Below, one piece after another: positions 1 through 12,800 of a stretch of DNA of 64,000 nucleotides (positions are counted from its first letter, which is position 1; the number at the start of each line of letters is the position of its first letter). A model generated the notes under the pieces. That model searched no databases and was not told the DNA's origin. It saw only the letters and a program-made list of their open reading frames with translations. Made by a program: the position numbers and the translations under genes. The DNA is taken from sequence record NC_020851.1. One strand, given 5' to 3'.

Positions 1-2331
1 AACTCGACTACTTCTATTGCACTTCTAGTAAATTTTTTAATTTTACTTTGAATTCCATTCTTTTTGAGAGTCGTGTTGACAACAACATTTGATCCATTGT
101 CCAATCCTTTAATGGTTACATTATTATTTGTCAAATTAAAAGAATCGGATGTGATTGTTCCAATTCCACCACCTGAAGCAGTAGTGTAATGTATAGAATA
201 TCTTTCTTGATCAAATGATTCGAAGAATGCACTTGTAATACCTGTTTTAGAAATATCAAAAGTTAAAGTATTGCCAGATACATTTAAATTATCACTTTGA
301 TCTATTTGTTTTGTTATTGCTAACTGTGAATTTGAAAGATCTACTAAAGAGATATTAGATTCTGGAAGATTTGCATAAAGAAATCCATTTTCACTATTTC
401 TTATTTGTGCTTTTCTAAGATTTGCTGTATAATCTCCATTAGAAATTGCGGTTCCAGTAAATACTCCATTAACACTAGGAATATTAGTAATAGTTAGTGA
501 TGCCAGATCTGAAGAAACGGTTACAACTCTATTATACCTCAAACTATTTCCTTGCACTACGCTAATTAAATCACCTTCTTTAACTCCGGAGAATAATTTT
601 CCTGGACTTGTTACAGTTGTAGAAGCAACATTAATTTCTGAAATTCCATTAGAGAACTTTTTAGAAATTAATACTGCATCTGCAGAGAAATCTGGAAAGT
701 TTGATATTCCTGTTTGTTTAACGGATTTGAGTTGGTCAATTGTATTTTGAGTAACACTTGCAATTGTCAATGCTGTTTCAATTCCATTAACAATTAGTTT
801 TTCTCCTGTTACAAAAGTTCCTGAAGTTTGACTGAGATCAAAAGATGTTGAAGAAGAACCAGAAACAACAAAACCACTCGCACCACTACTCTTTCCTTTT
901 ATAAAAGCAGATGTTAAGAGTGTTGTGCTTACATTAAAAATTACATTTGTATAAGTTTGAATATCATAAAGATATAAGTCCCACTGAGTTGCTGCACCAG
1001 AATATGCAGCATCAGTCAAATTAAATGTATATACTCTCGCAGCACCAATTTTTGTTCCTGCCGTCCCATCATCTTGAAGTTGATTATATAAATCTAAAGT
1101 TTCATTTTCTTTTGGAGCACCACTGACATTATTAACTCTAAGTAAATGCCCCATCTCAAATGGGATATTAGCACTACTTATACTTTCCGTATCTCTTGGT
1201 TTTTCTACATCTATAGCAGTTTCTGCGTCTATTGTGACATCATATCCATCAACATATGCTCTTCCAGGACTTACCTGTAGACACATTAAGTCATCTGATG
1301 GAGTATTTCCCTGTTCTGTAGTTTCTCCTTCTAAATATAAACCATCATTATCGATTTGATCATTTAATGAATTGAGTGCTTTAACATCAAACTCATCTAC
1401 GGTATAATGACCAGATTCATCAAATGTTCTTTCGGCAATATAATCCCTTATTAAATTATAGACAGGTTTATTTTCAATTTTTTAATTTTTCCTTCATCTA
1501 CTCTTAAAATCTCTACAAAATCAGTGTCTGTATTATTAGATATTTCTTTTTTGTAAGTGTTAGTGCTATTTTTAATCTATCTGCTCCTGGTGCCGCAAAA
1601 TTAGTAAAACCACTGGCATTATCATACAAAGATGAATCATCTTTTGCATTTACAATCGTTTCAGATATTTTTAATCCTACTCTATAAGAAGGAGTATTTG
1701 TATAATAGTCTAATATAAGTGTTTGCTTGGAAACCTCTACAAATGTTCCTCTAATAAAGTAAACTCCGTTATCAATAAATGCTGCTGAACCTGTAGATGT
1801 TGCTTCTTGAGAAATTAATGATGCAAAAGCAGTTCCTGCACTAATTGTAGTATTGCCATATGTAACATTTTCACTTGCAAATAACTGTTCCCCATCTTGA
1901 AATGTATCTACTTCTGCATCCTCTCCAGATTCTCCATATTTTACATAAATTGTAATGTCAGTTACTAAATCACTATCAGATGTAAGTGCAACTTCCTGAA
2001 TAGATGCTGTCACACCCGAAAGTTGTCCTGTAATCTTTTTTCCAATAAAATTCTTAATATAAACAGATATATCTATTCCTAAATTAACTGCATTTAATTT
2101 TACTGCAGAAAACTGATTATCAAAAGTTACAGATCCTGGAAGGACCATAGATCCTTCTTTAAAAATATTACCACCAAAAGACTCTACTTGATTCTGTAAG
2201 ATGGACTGGAGAGTTGTTAGTTCTCTAGCCTGAACTGGATATCCTGGTTTAAATAAAACTTTATAAAAGTTTTTATCCCCATCAAAATCATCATAGTATG
2301 GGCTGATATTTAAGTCGGTTTTTTGTGCCAT
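1..2331 (-). CDS. DUF4815/VrlC-like virion structural protein, runs off window edge; frame break at A-run ~1545
   Basis: N-terminus MAQKTDLNISPYYDDFD...VLFKPGYPVQARELTTLQSILQNQ is typical of this cyanomyovirus protein after gp8; adding one A restores TKKEISNNTDTDFVEIL...ERTFDESGHY. Confidence 0.8.
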
Positions 2332-2336
2332 CTTTT

Positions 2337-3851
2337 TTAAAATTCTAGAATGATTTTGATGTCTTCTTTTTGTCTAGAGTCTCTCTCGACAATGGGTCTA
2401 TTATCAATATAAATTATATCCCCTGTCTTTTTATTTATCTCCGGATTTGCAAGTCCATCCGTGAAATTAACTCCCAAATTAATCTGTTTATTATTAACAA
2501 CTACAACACTACCATCTAAGTTAGTATTAATACTTGCCGTTCCTCCACTCTGACTAAATTCAATAATATTAGTAGAATCGAATGCTATTATATTTGTTGT
2601 ACTGTTACTAAGTGTTTGATCTACCTTATTTCCAAAACATAAGGATCTGTCTTGATAATATTTCAAAACTTTAGTATCTTTATCAAATGATGCTACATAT
2701 CCTTTTGCTCCAGTTACACTTTGAGTTATTTGTTCACCAATAGTCACATCTCTAGATTCTGATAGTCCAATACCAGAAAGAGATGAGAATGTATTTCCAG
2801 TAAAAGTTACTCCTGCTCCAGAAAATGTTTCAGGATTTTTTATAATTCCAACTTGAGCAAATTTAGTATCTATTGGAAAATCTTTAGTTGAATCATCAAA
2901 TCTCGCATACATTAAAACTTTATCTGTTCCCAACTCCTCATAAATGTTATAACCATGACCTTTTGATGGGGGAATTATGGGTATTAATTTAGCCGGATTA
3001 CCAGTTGCAGGTAGATTGAGAATTCCATAAGTATATCCTTTTCCACCATTTGTAACCGTAACATTTGTTATAACCCCATTAGGTGCTGTAATTGAAACTT
3101 TACCTCCAGTTCCATCTCCTAAAATATCTGCAGTTGCACCATCACTATAACCATCTCCACCATCCTCAATATATACTACCTTTATTTGATTATTATTAGT
3201 ATCAGAGTTTCCTCCTTCTCTAATCGTCTGAATACTAGAATCCGTTGTGGTTAACCAATCATTAGGAACTGTAATATACTCTGTAGAATCAAATTTAATT
3301 ACATCTGATGGAGAAATACTGAATAGATATTTCCATCTATATCCATCAGACCCTGCAACAGATGGTTCTACATCAGTCTGTGTTGGTTCTATTGTTGATC
3401 CTGTAACAGTGGGATCATTGCCATCAGGAGTAGAAGAACCATTATCTATGCAAATATAAACTTTAAATTCACTTGTAAGAACGTAATAATTTGCATCATA
3501 TAATCTTACTGTTTTAGATACAGGAGATTCATTACCTTGTCTATAATCATGGCGATACATGTCGTAAGGAGTATTTGCGACCCATTCAACTTTTCTTATG
3601 ACTCTTCTAGCATTTTCTGATGTAATTTTCTTACCAAATAAACTAGTATCTCTATAATGCGACAAATATTCAAAATTATCTACAGGATTATTAGTTGTGC
3701 TTGTATTCCAATTAGGGTCTCTACCAAATGCAGGATCAGGACTAGTTGGATTTGATAACCCCAAGAAAGCATAATAAGAATTATTACTGATAGACTCTAC
3801 AAAAGAACCAGCATTCAATATTCTAAATTGATCTGTTACGAATGCGGACAT
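2337..3851 (-). CDS. gp8: baseplate wedge subunit gp8
   Basis: MSAFVTDQFRILNA start, DGYRWKYLFSI, IIYIDNRP...RQKEDIKIILEF end; synteny gp25-gp6-gp7-gp8. Confidence 0.85.
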   Translation of the reverse strand: MSAFVTDQFRILNAGSFVESISNNSYYAFLGLSNPTSPDPAFGRDPNWNTSTTNNPVDNFEYLSHYRDTSLFGKKITSENARRVIRKVEWVANTPYDMYRHDYRQGNESPVSKTVRLYDANYYVLTSEFKVYICIDNGSSTPDGNDPTVTGSTIEPTQTDVEPSVAGSDGYRWKYLFSISPSDVIKFDSTEYITVPNDWLTTTDSSIQTIREGGNSDTNNNQIKVVYIEDGGDGYSDGATADILGDGTGGKVSITAPNGVITNVTVTNGGKGYTYGILNLPATGNPAKLIPIIPPSKGHGYNIYEELGTDKVLMYARFDDSTKDFPIDTKFAQVGIIKNPETFSGAGVTFTGNTFSSLSGIGLSESRDVTIGEQITQSVTGAKGYVASFDKDTKVLKYYQDRSLCFGNKVDQTLSNSTTNIIAFDSTNIIEFSQSGGTASINTNLDGSVVVVNNKQINLGVNFTDGLANPEINKKTGDIIYIDNRPIVERDSRQKEDIKIILEF

Positions 3852-3868
3852 ATTAATAGTTTTTTATA

Positions 3869-3876
3869 TATTTATA
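3869..3876 (-). promoter_or_regulatory. T4-type late promoter TATAAATA
   Basis: exact TATAAATA 17 nt upstream of gp8 start. Confidence 0.75.
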
Positions 3877-3895
3877 AGACAATTTTAGTTTTCAA

Positions 3896-6800
3896 TTATA
3901 CTTCTCTTTTGGGTAATGCTCCAGTTTTTCTAATACCAATACCTCTTCTCTGAATTGTTGGATATGTTGTCAATCCAGATACAGTATTGCCAGTAACACC
4001 AATTGATATTGGATTTGCAGATCTTGTTCCTCCTTCTAATAATCCCCATGAGTATTTTCCAACAGGATTTAATATATTTCCAGTAGTTACAAGACCGACT
4101 ATATTAGAATTTGAATCTACATTACATGTAATAATTCCAATTGCATCATCGTTAGATATGGCGGAAACATAGTAAACATTGTCTAAGAAAGTAGTTCCAA
4201 TTCCAACAACTGCAGAATTTGAATCATCAATTGAAGTGACTCCACTACCAATTTGTGTATCGTAGATATAAATTGGATATCCTACTATTAAACCATTAAA
4301 ATAATTAGAAGTAACGTTATGTTGTACTTTAAATTCAAGTGCTAAAGGAACACCAATTCCAGTTGTTGTCGTAATACCAGTTACAATACCAGAGAAACCT
4401 TTAATATTATTGAATCCTGTGATTTTTTCAATAGATCCTGCAGATTCTGTAGAAATACCGTTAATAATGACTGCATCTAATGGAGTGGAAGAATCTGTAT
4501 AACCATTATCAGTTTCATATTCAAAAAGTTCTACATTATCAACAAATATTTCAGTGTCTGTTGTAGATACATCTTTAATAATTCTTGCAGTTGGGAAAAT
4601 TAAAGGTTCTAATACATCTCTTGATTTGTAAACATATTGACCGTTAATTTTCTTATCTGTTTTTTGTTTTGTCCAAGATAGTGGTTTATAATTAGTTTCA
4701 TCAACTCCTAATCCAGCATAACGATTAGTTTCAAATTTATCAGAGAAAGTTAAGTTATAAACTGTTCTTTCATCTTGTGTTATTGTATTTGGATAAATGT
4801 TATTACTTATAACTTGAACAATATCACCAGTTTCTATGGTTGGTATAATATCATCAACTAATACAGAATCAGTTCCCTCAACACCTTTATAGAAATAGAT
4901 TTCAATTTCATCTTGAGGTAGTGGTGCTCTTGTAAATACAAATGATGTTCCACCTTCAAAAATGTAATTTTCTATTGGTTTTTGTATTACTCCATTAACA
5001 AAAATTATAAGAATATTATTAATATTTTCTTCAATTGGAGAATTTTCTTGAGGTTCAAAACTCAAAAGTTCTGAATTGTAATTAAGTGGAAATCTAACTC
5101 TTGATCCATCTTGTAAGTTTTGAATTGAATCAATATAATCAAGTTCACCAAATTCCCAAGCAGCAAAATTATCAGAGTAAGTATCAATCACTGTAATCTC
5201 AAAATCTGATATTGGAGAAGATAAAGAACCATCAGTAACTAATCCAACTGGTTTGAATACATCACCTCTTCTGAAATTATATCCTGGTCTTGAAAACTTA
5301 ACTTCACTTACTTCAAATAAAGTAGATCCTATTCCCGTAGATCCACTAACTTTCAAATCTACTAATAATCCATTACCAGTATCAGTTGTTGCTCCAATTC
5401 CTAGCCTAGAAACACCAACCACTGGTAGATTACTATATGATGGATCTGAAACAAATATTTCCGGATTACTATATCCAGTTCCACCAGCACCAACATTAAA
5501 TGATAATGTTCCACCAGCACCAACAGATGCTGTTATTGTGGCAACATCTCCAGTATGTCCATCTTCATATACAGATATTCCGATAGAAACTAAACCATTA
5601 TATCCAGAACCATGTCCTGTCGTTCCTAGTCCAACAGATACAATAGAACCTCCAGCACCAACAACAGCAGTCACAGAAGCACCTACAAGTGGTGCAAACC
5701 CAAGTCCAGGTGTAGATCCATATGAAACTATAATTCCACCTCTAGGAACTTCATTTAGATTGACATCATAATCAGAAACGATATATTGAAGTGGGTCATT
5801 GAAACTTGTAATACCTGAGAATTCTACAGTTGTTATTCCTGCACTAGAGTCTTCTAAAATTTGATAATTAAATCTTGTTGGATTATTATCAGTTTTGGGT
5901 GATTGATAAATGTTATTAATAAATACTAAACCACTTGCACCTTCTGTTCCAATTCCTGTGGTATTTGCACCACCAACTTTTAGTGTGAATGTTCTTCCAA
6001 TTCCAGTAAATTCATCAGATAAATCATCATAAACTTTGTTATTATTATAATTAGATTTGAAAAATACTCTACCAGTAAATGATGATGTTTCAAAATCTAA
6101 ATTATTTTTGTTTTTTCAAGTTGTGGATTACCTCTTGGTGCTTCTGTGAAATAAATTTCACTGTCTTCAATATTAAATGATCCTTTATGAATTCTTACTA
6201 AGGTAGAATCTGTATGAGTTGATGCAGAAGAACCTACAAATCCTCTCTTAACTTCAACTAAATTTATAGTTCCATTATTTGTAATTGGTCCTACATTGGT
6301 TGTTCCTAATCCAACATTAGTAACACCCATATATTCATCATCAACTTTCAATATATCTCTTGGATTTATTGTAGAGATTCCACTTAAAGAAACAATAGTG
6401 CTACTATTGTTTAGAGAACCACCAACATTTCCACTCAAAGTATGTGTAATCTTAGTAGGTGCTATTGGATACTGAACTAATTCATCAACAGTTAAGATAC
6501 ACTTAGTGTTTCTTTCTTTCATAGTAAATCTATGAGCATTTCCTTCTCCAAGAGAAGTAAATGTTGTTCCAATTCCTGCAGATGCTGCTGTAGTTGTTGT
6601 TGCTACTTTGAAAGTATTTTCAGTTAATTTGATAGCATATACTGTTGATGGTAATTCTCCACTAGAAGTAACCACTGCACTAGTTCCAACGCCAACGATT
6701 GTGGAGTTTGGAGTATAGATTAATTCTTCTCCAGTAACAAAAAAGTGATTCTGGATTGTAAAAGTTCCAGTAGATGCATCCAATGCAGATGAATTTGGAT

Positions 6801-9800
6801 TAAATTTCTTAGAGAAAATTGGAATACCATTATCAGTTAATTCGAAACTATCTTTATTAATTCTACTAAGATTAATAGCATTATAGAATTTTTCATCAAT
6901 ACTTTCAGTTACAGCACCATATGATAAATCTAAAGGTTCATTAACAACATCTACTTCAGAATAGAATGATTTGCTGAATACTTCAATATCAATTTGACCT
7001 GTTTGATTTGAGTCTGGGAAGAATTTAAGTATTAAATCACTTCCAGATATTTCTCCACCAAATGTTCCAATACCAGAAGCATCATCTAATTCACTATCAT
7101 CATTAGATACTGAAAGGAAAGGTAATTGTTGTGTATAAGCATCAGTTCCTTCATCAATTAACATAACCTGATGAAGTGCTTTTGTAGAACCTATACTTAC
7201 TTGAACTAAAGATTTTGATGCATTAAATAAAGATCTATCTAAAGTTTGAATTGTTGTGGAAGAAGCACCTACTGTAGAATAATATCTAGAATCGTAAATT
7301 ATACTTCTTTCTTGACCATCAAATTGATCAGAAGATTTAAATCTATATGTACCAATTCCAGTAGATGTTGTTCCAAATCCAACAATATTAGTTCTTATCT
7401 TAAGTTGATCGGAAGAAGTATTTTCGTGTATTAGTGATAAAACACCACTTCCCAAGTCAGTGCAAGTGAATATACCTATTTGATTTCCTGTCGAAGAACT
7501 CAAAACATTGCTATCAATATAGTATTCTGATATGAAAGTATTTGTTCCAGCAATAGAAACATACAATCTCACATAATTCATATCATTAGTAACAGTATTA
7601 GTTACTTGTGCATTAACATAAAGAGATTCGAAATTATTAGAATCTAAAGAAATAATTGTTGTAGTTCCAATTCCCACACTAGTATTTTCTATATCAACAG
7701 AACCTGTCAGATTAATAAAACCTATAGATTGTGTTCCAACTCCCGATATATCTGAATTAAATATTTGCTTAATTACTTTTAAATCATAATTTGTATTCAA
7801 TGCATCATTAGGAACGAATCTTAAGAAAGTTTTTTCAGTTTCGTCTGTAAATAAGTCAAAAATACCATAATTAAATTCTTGTCCAGATATGGACTCATTT
7901 TCAACAATGACGGATTCTAATTCATTTTTTAAAATAGTAATATCTGTTAACTGAAGTTCAGTACCATCTTCACTAGACACTCTTAATAAGTAATTGAAAT
8001 ATGTTCTATTGTCAAGTTCGTCTACTAATAAAAATTCTGTAGATTCGGATTCTGAGTTTGAGAACTGATTTTGAAGATCATCAATTGTTAATACATTAAG
8101 ATTTTTTAATTCTGTATAATTTGTGAGTCTTTTACTTTTCAATTTTAAGAATTTTGATTTTGAATCTATAACATCAACATCAATAACATTATCAAAATTG
8201 TTGATAGTGTCTACTCTTTTCTCATCAATTACATCATAAATTATAGTAATTCCATCATTAGTAGTTGTTAAACCTGCACTAGTGTTTGAAGATATTCCAG
8301 TATCTGCAAAATTTTTCAATCCACTTGTATGAACTAAACTTTCTACTGGAGATTGCTGATCTTTATATGTTATTGAACTCTTTACGGAATATGATAAATT
8401 TTGATAGTAGTTATTGTCTGGAGTGACCTGAAAATCTTCGCTTAATTTTCCAGTTTCAGTATCCCAACCAATATCTTTAATATTGGAATAACCAACATTA
8501 AAAGTTCCTTCATTCAGATTCAAAGATTTAATTGTTGCAACAGAACCAGATTCATTTCCAGTAATAACTTCACCTACTGATAACTCATATGACCCTAAAA
8601 CTTTTAAAGAATCTCCATCACTTCCTGTAACTTCCAAATCTCTTATTATTTGATTTGAAGATAAAGTTTCTCCAATAAAAAATTTGGATGGTTCTTGAAC
8701 TATTTTAAATGTAGGATAATCATTTTTATTGATTATAACTCCACTAAAATCTTGAATTGTTTTTGCAATTCCAGTATTTGTAGTGAATTCTTCTACATTA
8801 ATTGTTACTGTATCATTAAGTCCCTCATTATCATAATTAGTTACTTTAAAGAATTTAAATCCATAATCTGAAGAATTAAATCCATCTCCATCAGAACTAA
8901 ATTTCGAAACACCTTCGATGAATACTTCATCTCCATCAGCAAATGGTGGAGTATTAAAAGTATTTCCAATACCAGGTGTTGATATAGTACATGTGAAAAT
9001 ACCAGTATTTGATGATTCTACTTTTTCAATTGCGACACCATTATTATTATTTGTTGAAAAAACTTCTACAGTTTCATCAGGTAAACCTTTTGGTTCAGTT
9101 TCAATTTCCACAGAAGAAATTGCAGATCCTGTTATTTTTGCTTCAATAAATCCAGAATCTATTATACTTCTTGTTGTGGGATTGATGAGAGTAATAAATG
9201 GTGGAGATACATAACCTTCACCTCCACTAATTACTGATATTTGACTCAGTGTATTTGAATCTTTTATTACAATATTTGGTGACACATTGACCTTAGGTCT
9301 TAAGGTTTTATCTGAAGAATAAGTAAATCTGTTATTGATAACTCTACTTTCTTTTATAGATCCTACATTTATTGATCTTGCATTTACAATTAAATCTACT
9401 CCGGAAGTAGAATTAGTAGATTTTAAAGTCGGTAATTTTTATATCCAGTTCCTGAAGATATAATACTTAAAGATTTAACTGGTCCAGATGGAGAAGTTGA
9501 TGTTGTTGAGTACTTTAATATGTCACATTCAGTTGAACCATAAGAAAGTTTTTCTGGTTTTTTCTCAATATTTACATTGAAAGTTGTTGCGGCAACACCA
9601 CTAATAGTGTATGAGTTATTATAGTCACTATTAATATACTTGATACTTGAATAGTTACTAACATCAGTGTCAGATTTGACTAATACTCCATCTTTTTCTA
9701 AGTTATAGAATAATTCACCAATTTGTGAGTTATAATCTAATGTAAGAGTTGCTGTAGATGTTACTCCAACAGTTCCTACCCCAGATACACTGAAAGTATT

Positions 9801-12800
9801 TGTAGAACCAGTAGAAACAAATTCATTATTAAACTCTTTGTCCTGATATAATCTCAGACTATAATTTACCAATGAAGAATCTGAAAGGTCAAATACTAAA
9901 TTATTATTTTTAACTGGTTGTAATTGTGGATTAATTAATGCTATTGTTTGTGAAGAACTTCCTGTAGAAGCAAAAGATACAACTGTTGGAGGATTTTGTT
10001 GAGAATCTATTAAAGTTTCACAGAGATTGATTCTATTTCTATTAATTTTGTAGACATAGTACTCACTATTAGTTAATGGTGATGGTCTAATAAATCTTCT
10101 AATAATATCATTACCACTAGAAGCAGCATAGAAATTTTCTTCGTCTGGGGAAACAGACATTACTGTTGGTGTATTTGGAGATCCCAAATCAATTCTATCT
10201 AATTCAGTGCCAGTAACAATGTCCCATGGTGTTGATAATTTATAAATGTAAATATTATCTGAACCAGCTCCGACCCAGTATACTAAGGTTCCAGAAGAAT
10301 TGATATGTATATCATTTGGATTTGTATCTGGAGGACTGACATCTAACCTACCCGTGCTATCTCCCGAATAGGATGCTGTTGTAATATCCCATGAGGTTGA
10401 AAGATCAAATTGGTAAATAAAATCTCCATTACTTCCAATTAAGTAAAGTACTGAACCATCATATTTAAAATAAAGTCCCGTTGGATTAATTTGTTGAGAG
10501 AATCCGTCAATAGAATTACCACTACCAACTAATAAACTTACATTATCATAACTTGCTGTGGTAAGATCCCATGCAGAAGTCATAGAATACTGATAAATTG
10601 TATCATTTTCATTACCGGTAATCCAGAACTTAAGACCATCCTCTCTGATATAAAGTCCAGTAGGACTGTTGTCTTCTGATGTAACATCAAACCTGTCCGT
10701 AAATACTGCCGTGCTCACACTCCAAGGTGTTGAAAGTGCATATTCATTGACTTCATCAGCAGAACTACCGAGAGCATACATTTTAGTTCCATCTGGTTTG
10801 AAACGTAATGATTGTAGACTACCATCTTGGGAACTAGTGTCTAATTGATCACTAGTTTCAATTAAGTATTCAAAATTATCATCTTCATAAAGAACTTTAT
10901 CACCAGTTACTAATTTATGATCTGTAATTGTGATTTCATTAGTTACTGTATTAATTCCTGTAGAGTTAAATCCAATTGGATTGACTACGATATTATCAAT
11001 TTCAGATTTATAAAGAACACGAACTGCTGTTGAAGTTCCAATACCCACTGAAAGATTTGGTTGAACATCTAATGTTACCGTATCTCCATTTTGAAGTTCA
11101 TGAGAAGTTGATACTGAAACGGTTACTACATTCTTATCCACATCTCCCAATATTTGAGTGTAATTAGATTCGAATGAATACTTATCACTATCATTTCCAT
11201 TATTATGGAAGAATAATTCTTCACCTGTAATTGCAGTCTTCAGTCCAATAATACTTGGACTTTTCTTAACAATAAAAAGATTACTTGGTATATTTACTGG
11301 GACAGATGTCCCATCAGTAGAAACAGTTAAGGTTGTTCCATTAGCAGTGTAAACAACTGGTTGATTTGTTACAAAAGGATGATTTTCGATGTAAATACCT
11401 TTTGTAGGAATACTTCTAGTTACAGTCGAAATATCACCAAATGTAAATGATGTACTATATCCAACCCCACTTATTGTCCCAACACCAACAGATTCTCTAG
11501 GATTGAAGAAAGCCTTATCATTTACTTTTGAATCAAATTTATCTACAGATTTGGCAATTGTAAATGAATCTGGTAAGAAAGATACTGCCGTTCCAACAGT
11601 ATGTGATACACCTGCCAAACCTCTTTCAATTCTGAGAATATTTTGGTTTTTAAATACTTCAAGAACTTTTAAAGTTTCTGTTCCAATATCAATACTACTA
11701 CCAACAGATACCTGTTCTGGAATTGGAGAAACATAAATTTCTGTCGTAAATCCTACAGATGCAGATGTTATTGTAGAAAGACATCTTCCATTTGCATAAG
11801 AAGGAACTGTGATTTGATGTGTTCCATTAAGTGCTGATAGATTTGTAGAAAATCCAGATACAGTTACATAATCTAGATTTAAAAGATCATGATTGGGTAA
11901 TATTGATACTTTTACTTTACTAGTAGATTCCCATGTAAAAATAGAATTTAAGTATTCAGTTGAATTTGTATTTAATTCTACGATACTCTTTCCCTTAATG
12001 GAAGCAACACTAACATCTAAACCACTTCCTGATGTGTCAGTGTTATCAAATATCAATCTATCTCCAACTTTATAATTGCTACCAGAATTTTCAATCTCTA
12101 TGGATTTTACAGAGTCTGATGTTACAGATACTACTTCTATTTTTTGATCTAGAACATCACTGGTTTCATTAATAAAATCATAATCAGCATTCAGTTCTGA
12201 TACTTTATATGGTAGTGTATTTCTTAATAAATTTGAATTATTGAAATCAAATGATTGGTCCAAATTAGAATCAGAAATTAATTTTGATTTATACTTATTA
12301 CCTATAAAATAGGGGAATTGATTTATCGTAGCATGATATACATAAACACCATTTGGATACTCTTCATTTTTTTCATATCTACCATTATATTCATCTAAAT
12401 CTCCATCTCCATTAAATTGATAATCCTCGACAAAAAATCCATCATCAAATCCAGAAGGTCTATCTACAACATTTGAAGAATCGAGAGTGTATCCAGATTC
12501 TAGTGTTTTTACTCCTGAAGGTATTGCAGGATCAGGATATCCATATGGACCGTAAATTGGATTTCCATCATATGCCCAACCAATAATCCCAGATCGTGAA
12601 GTTGCATCTTCTAAGAAAGCATTTCTCAAATCTTCAAAATACTTTGATACTGAATATTGGAGTTTATCTTTACCTTCTAGTAAAACTTCTCCTGTAGGAA
12701 ATCTTACAATATTATCATTAAGAGTTAATTTTCTGACTTGAGGATCAATAAAGGAATTATTTCCTGATGAAACAACTTGAATCTTTGTGTTTGATGCTGA

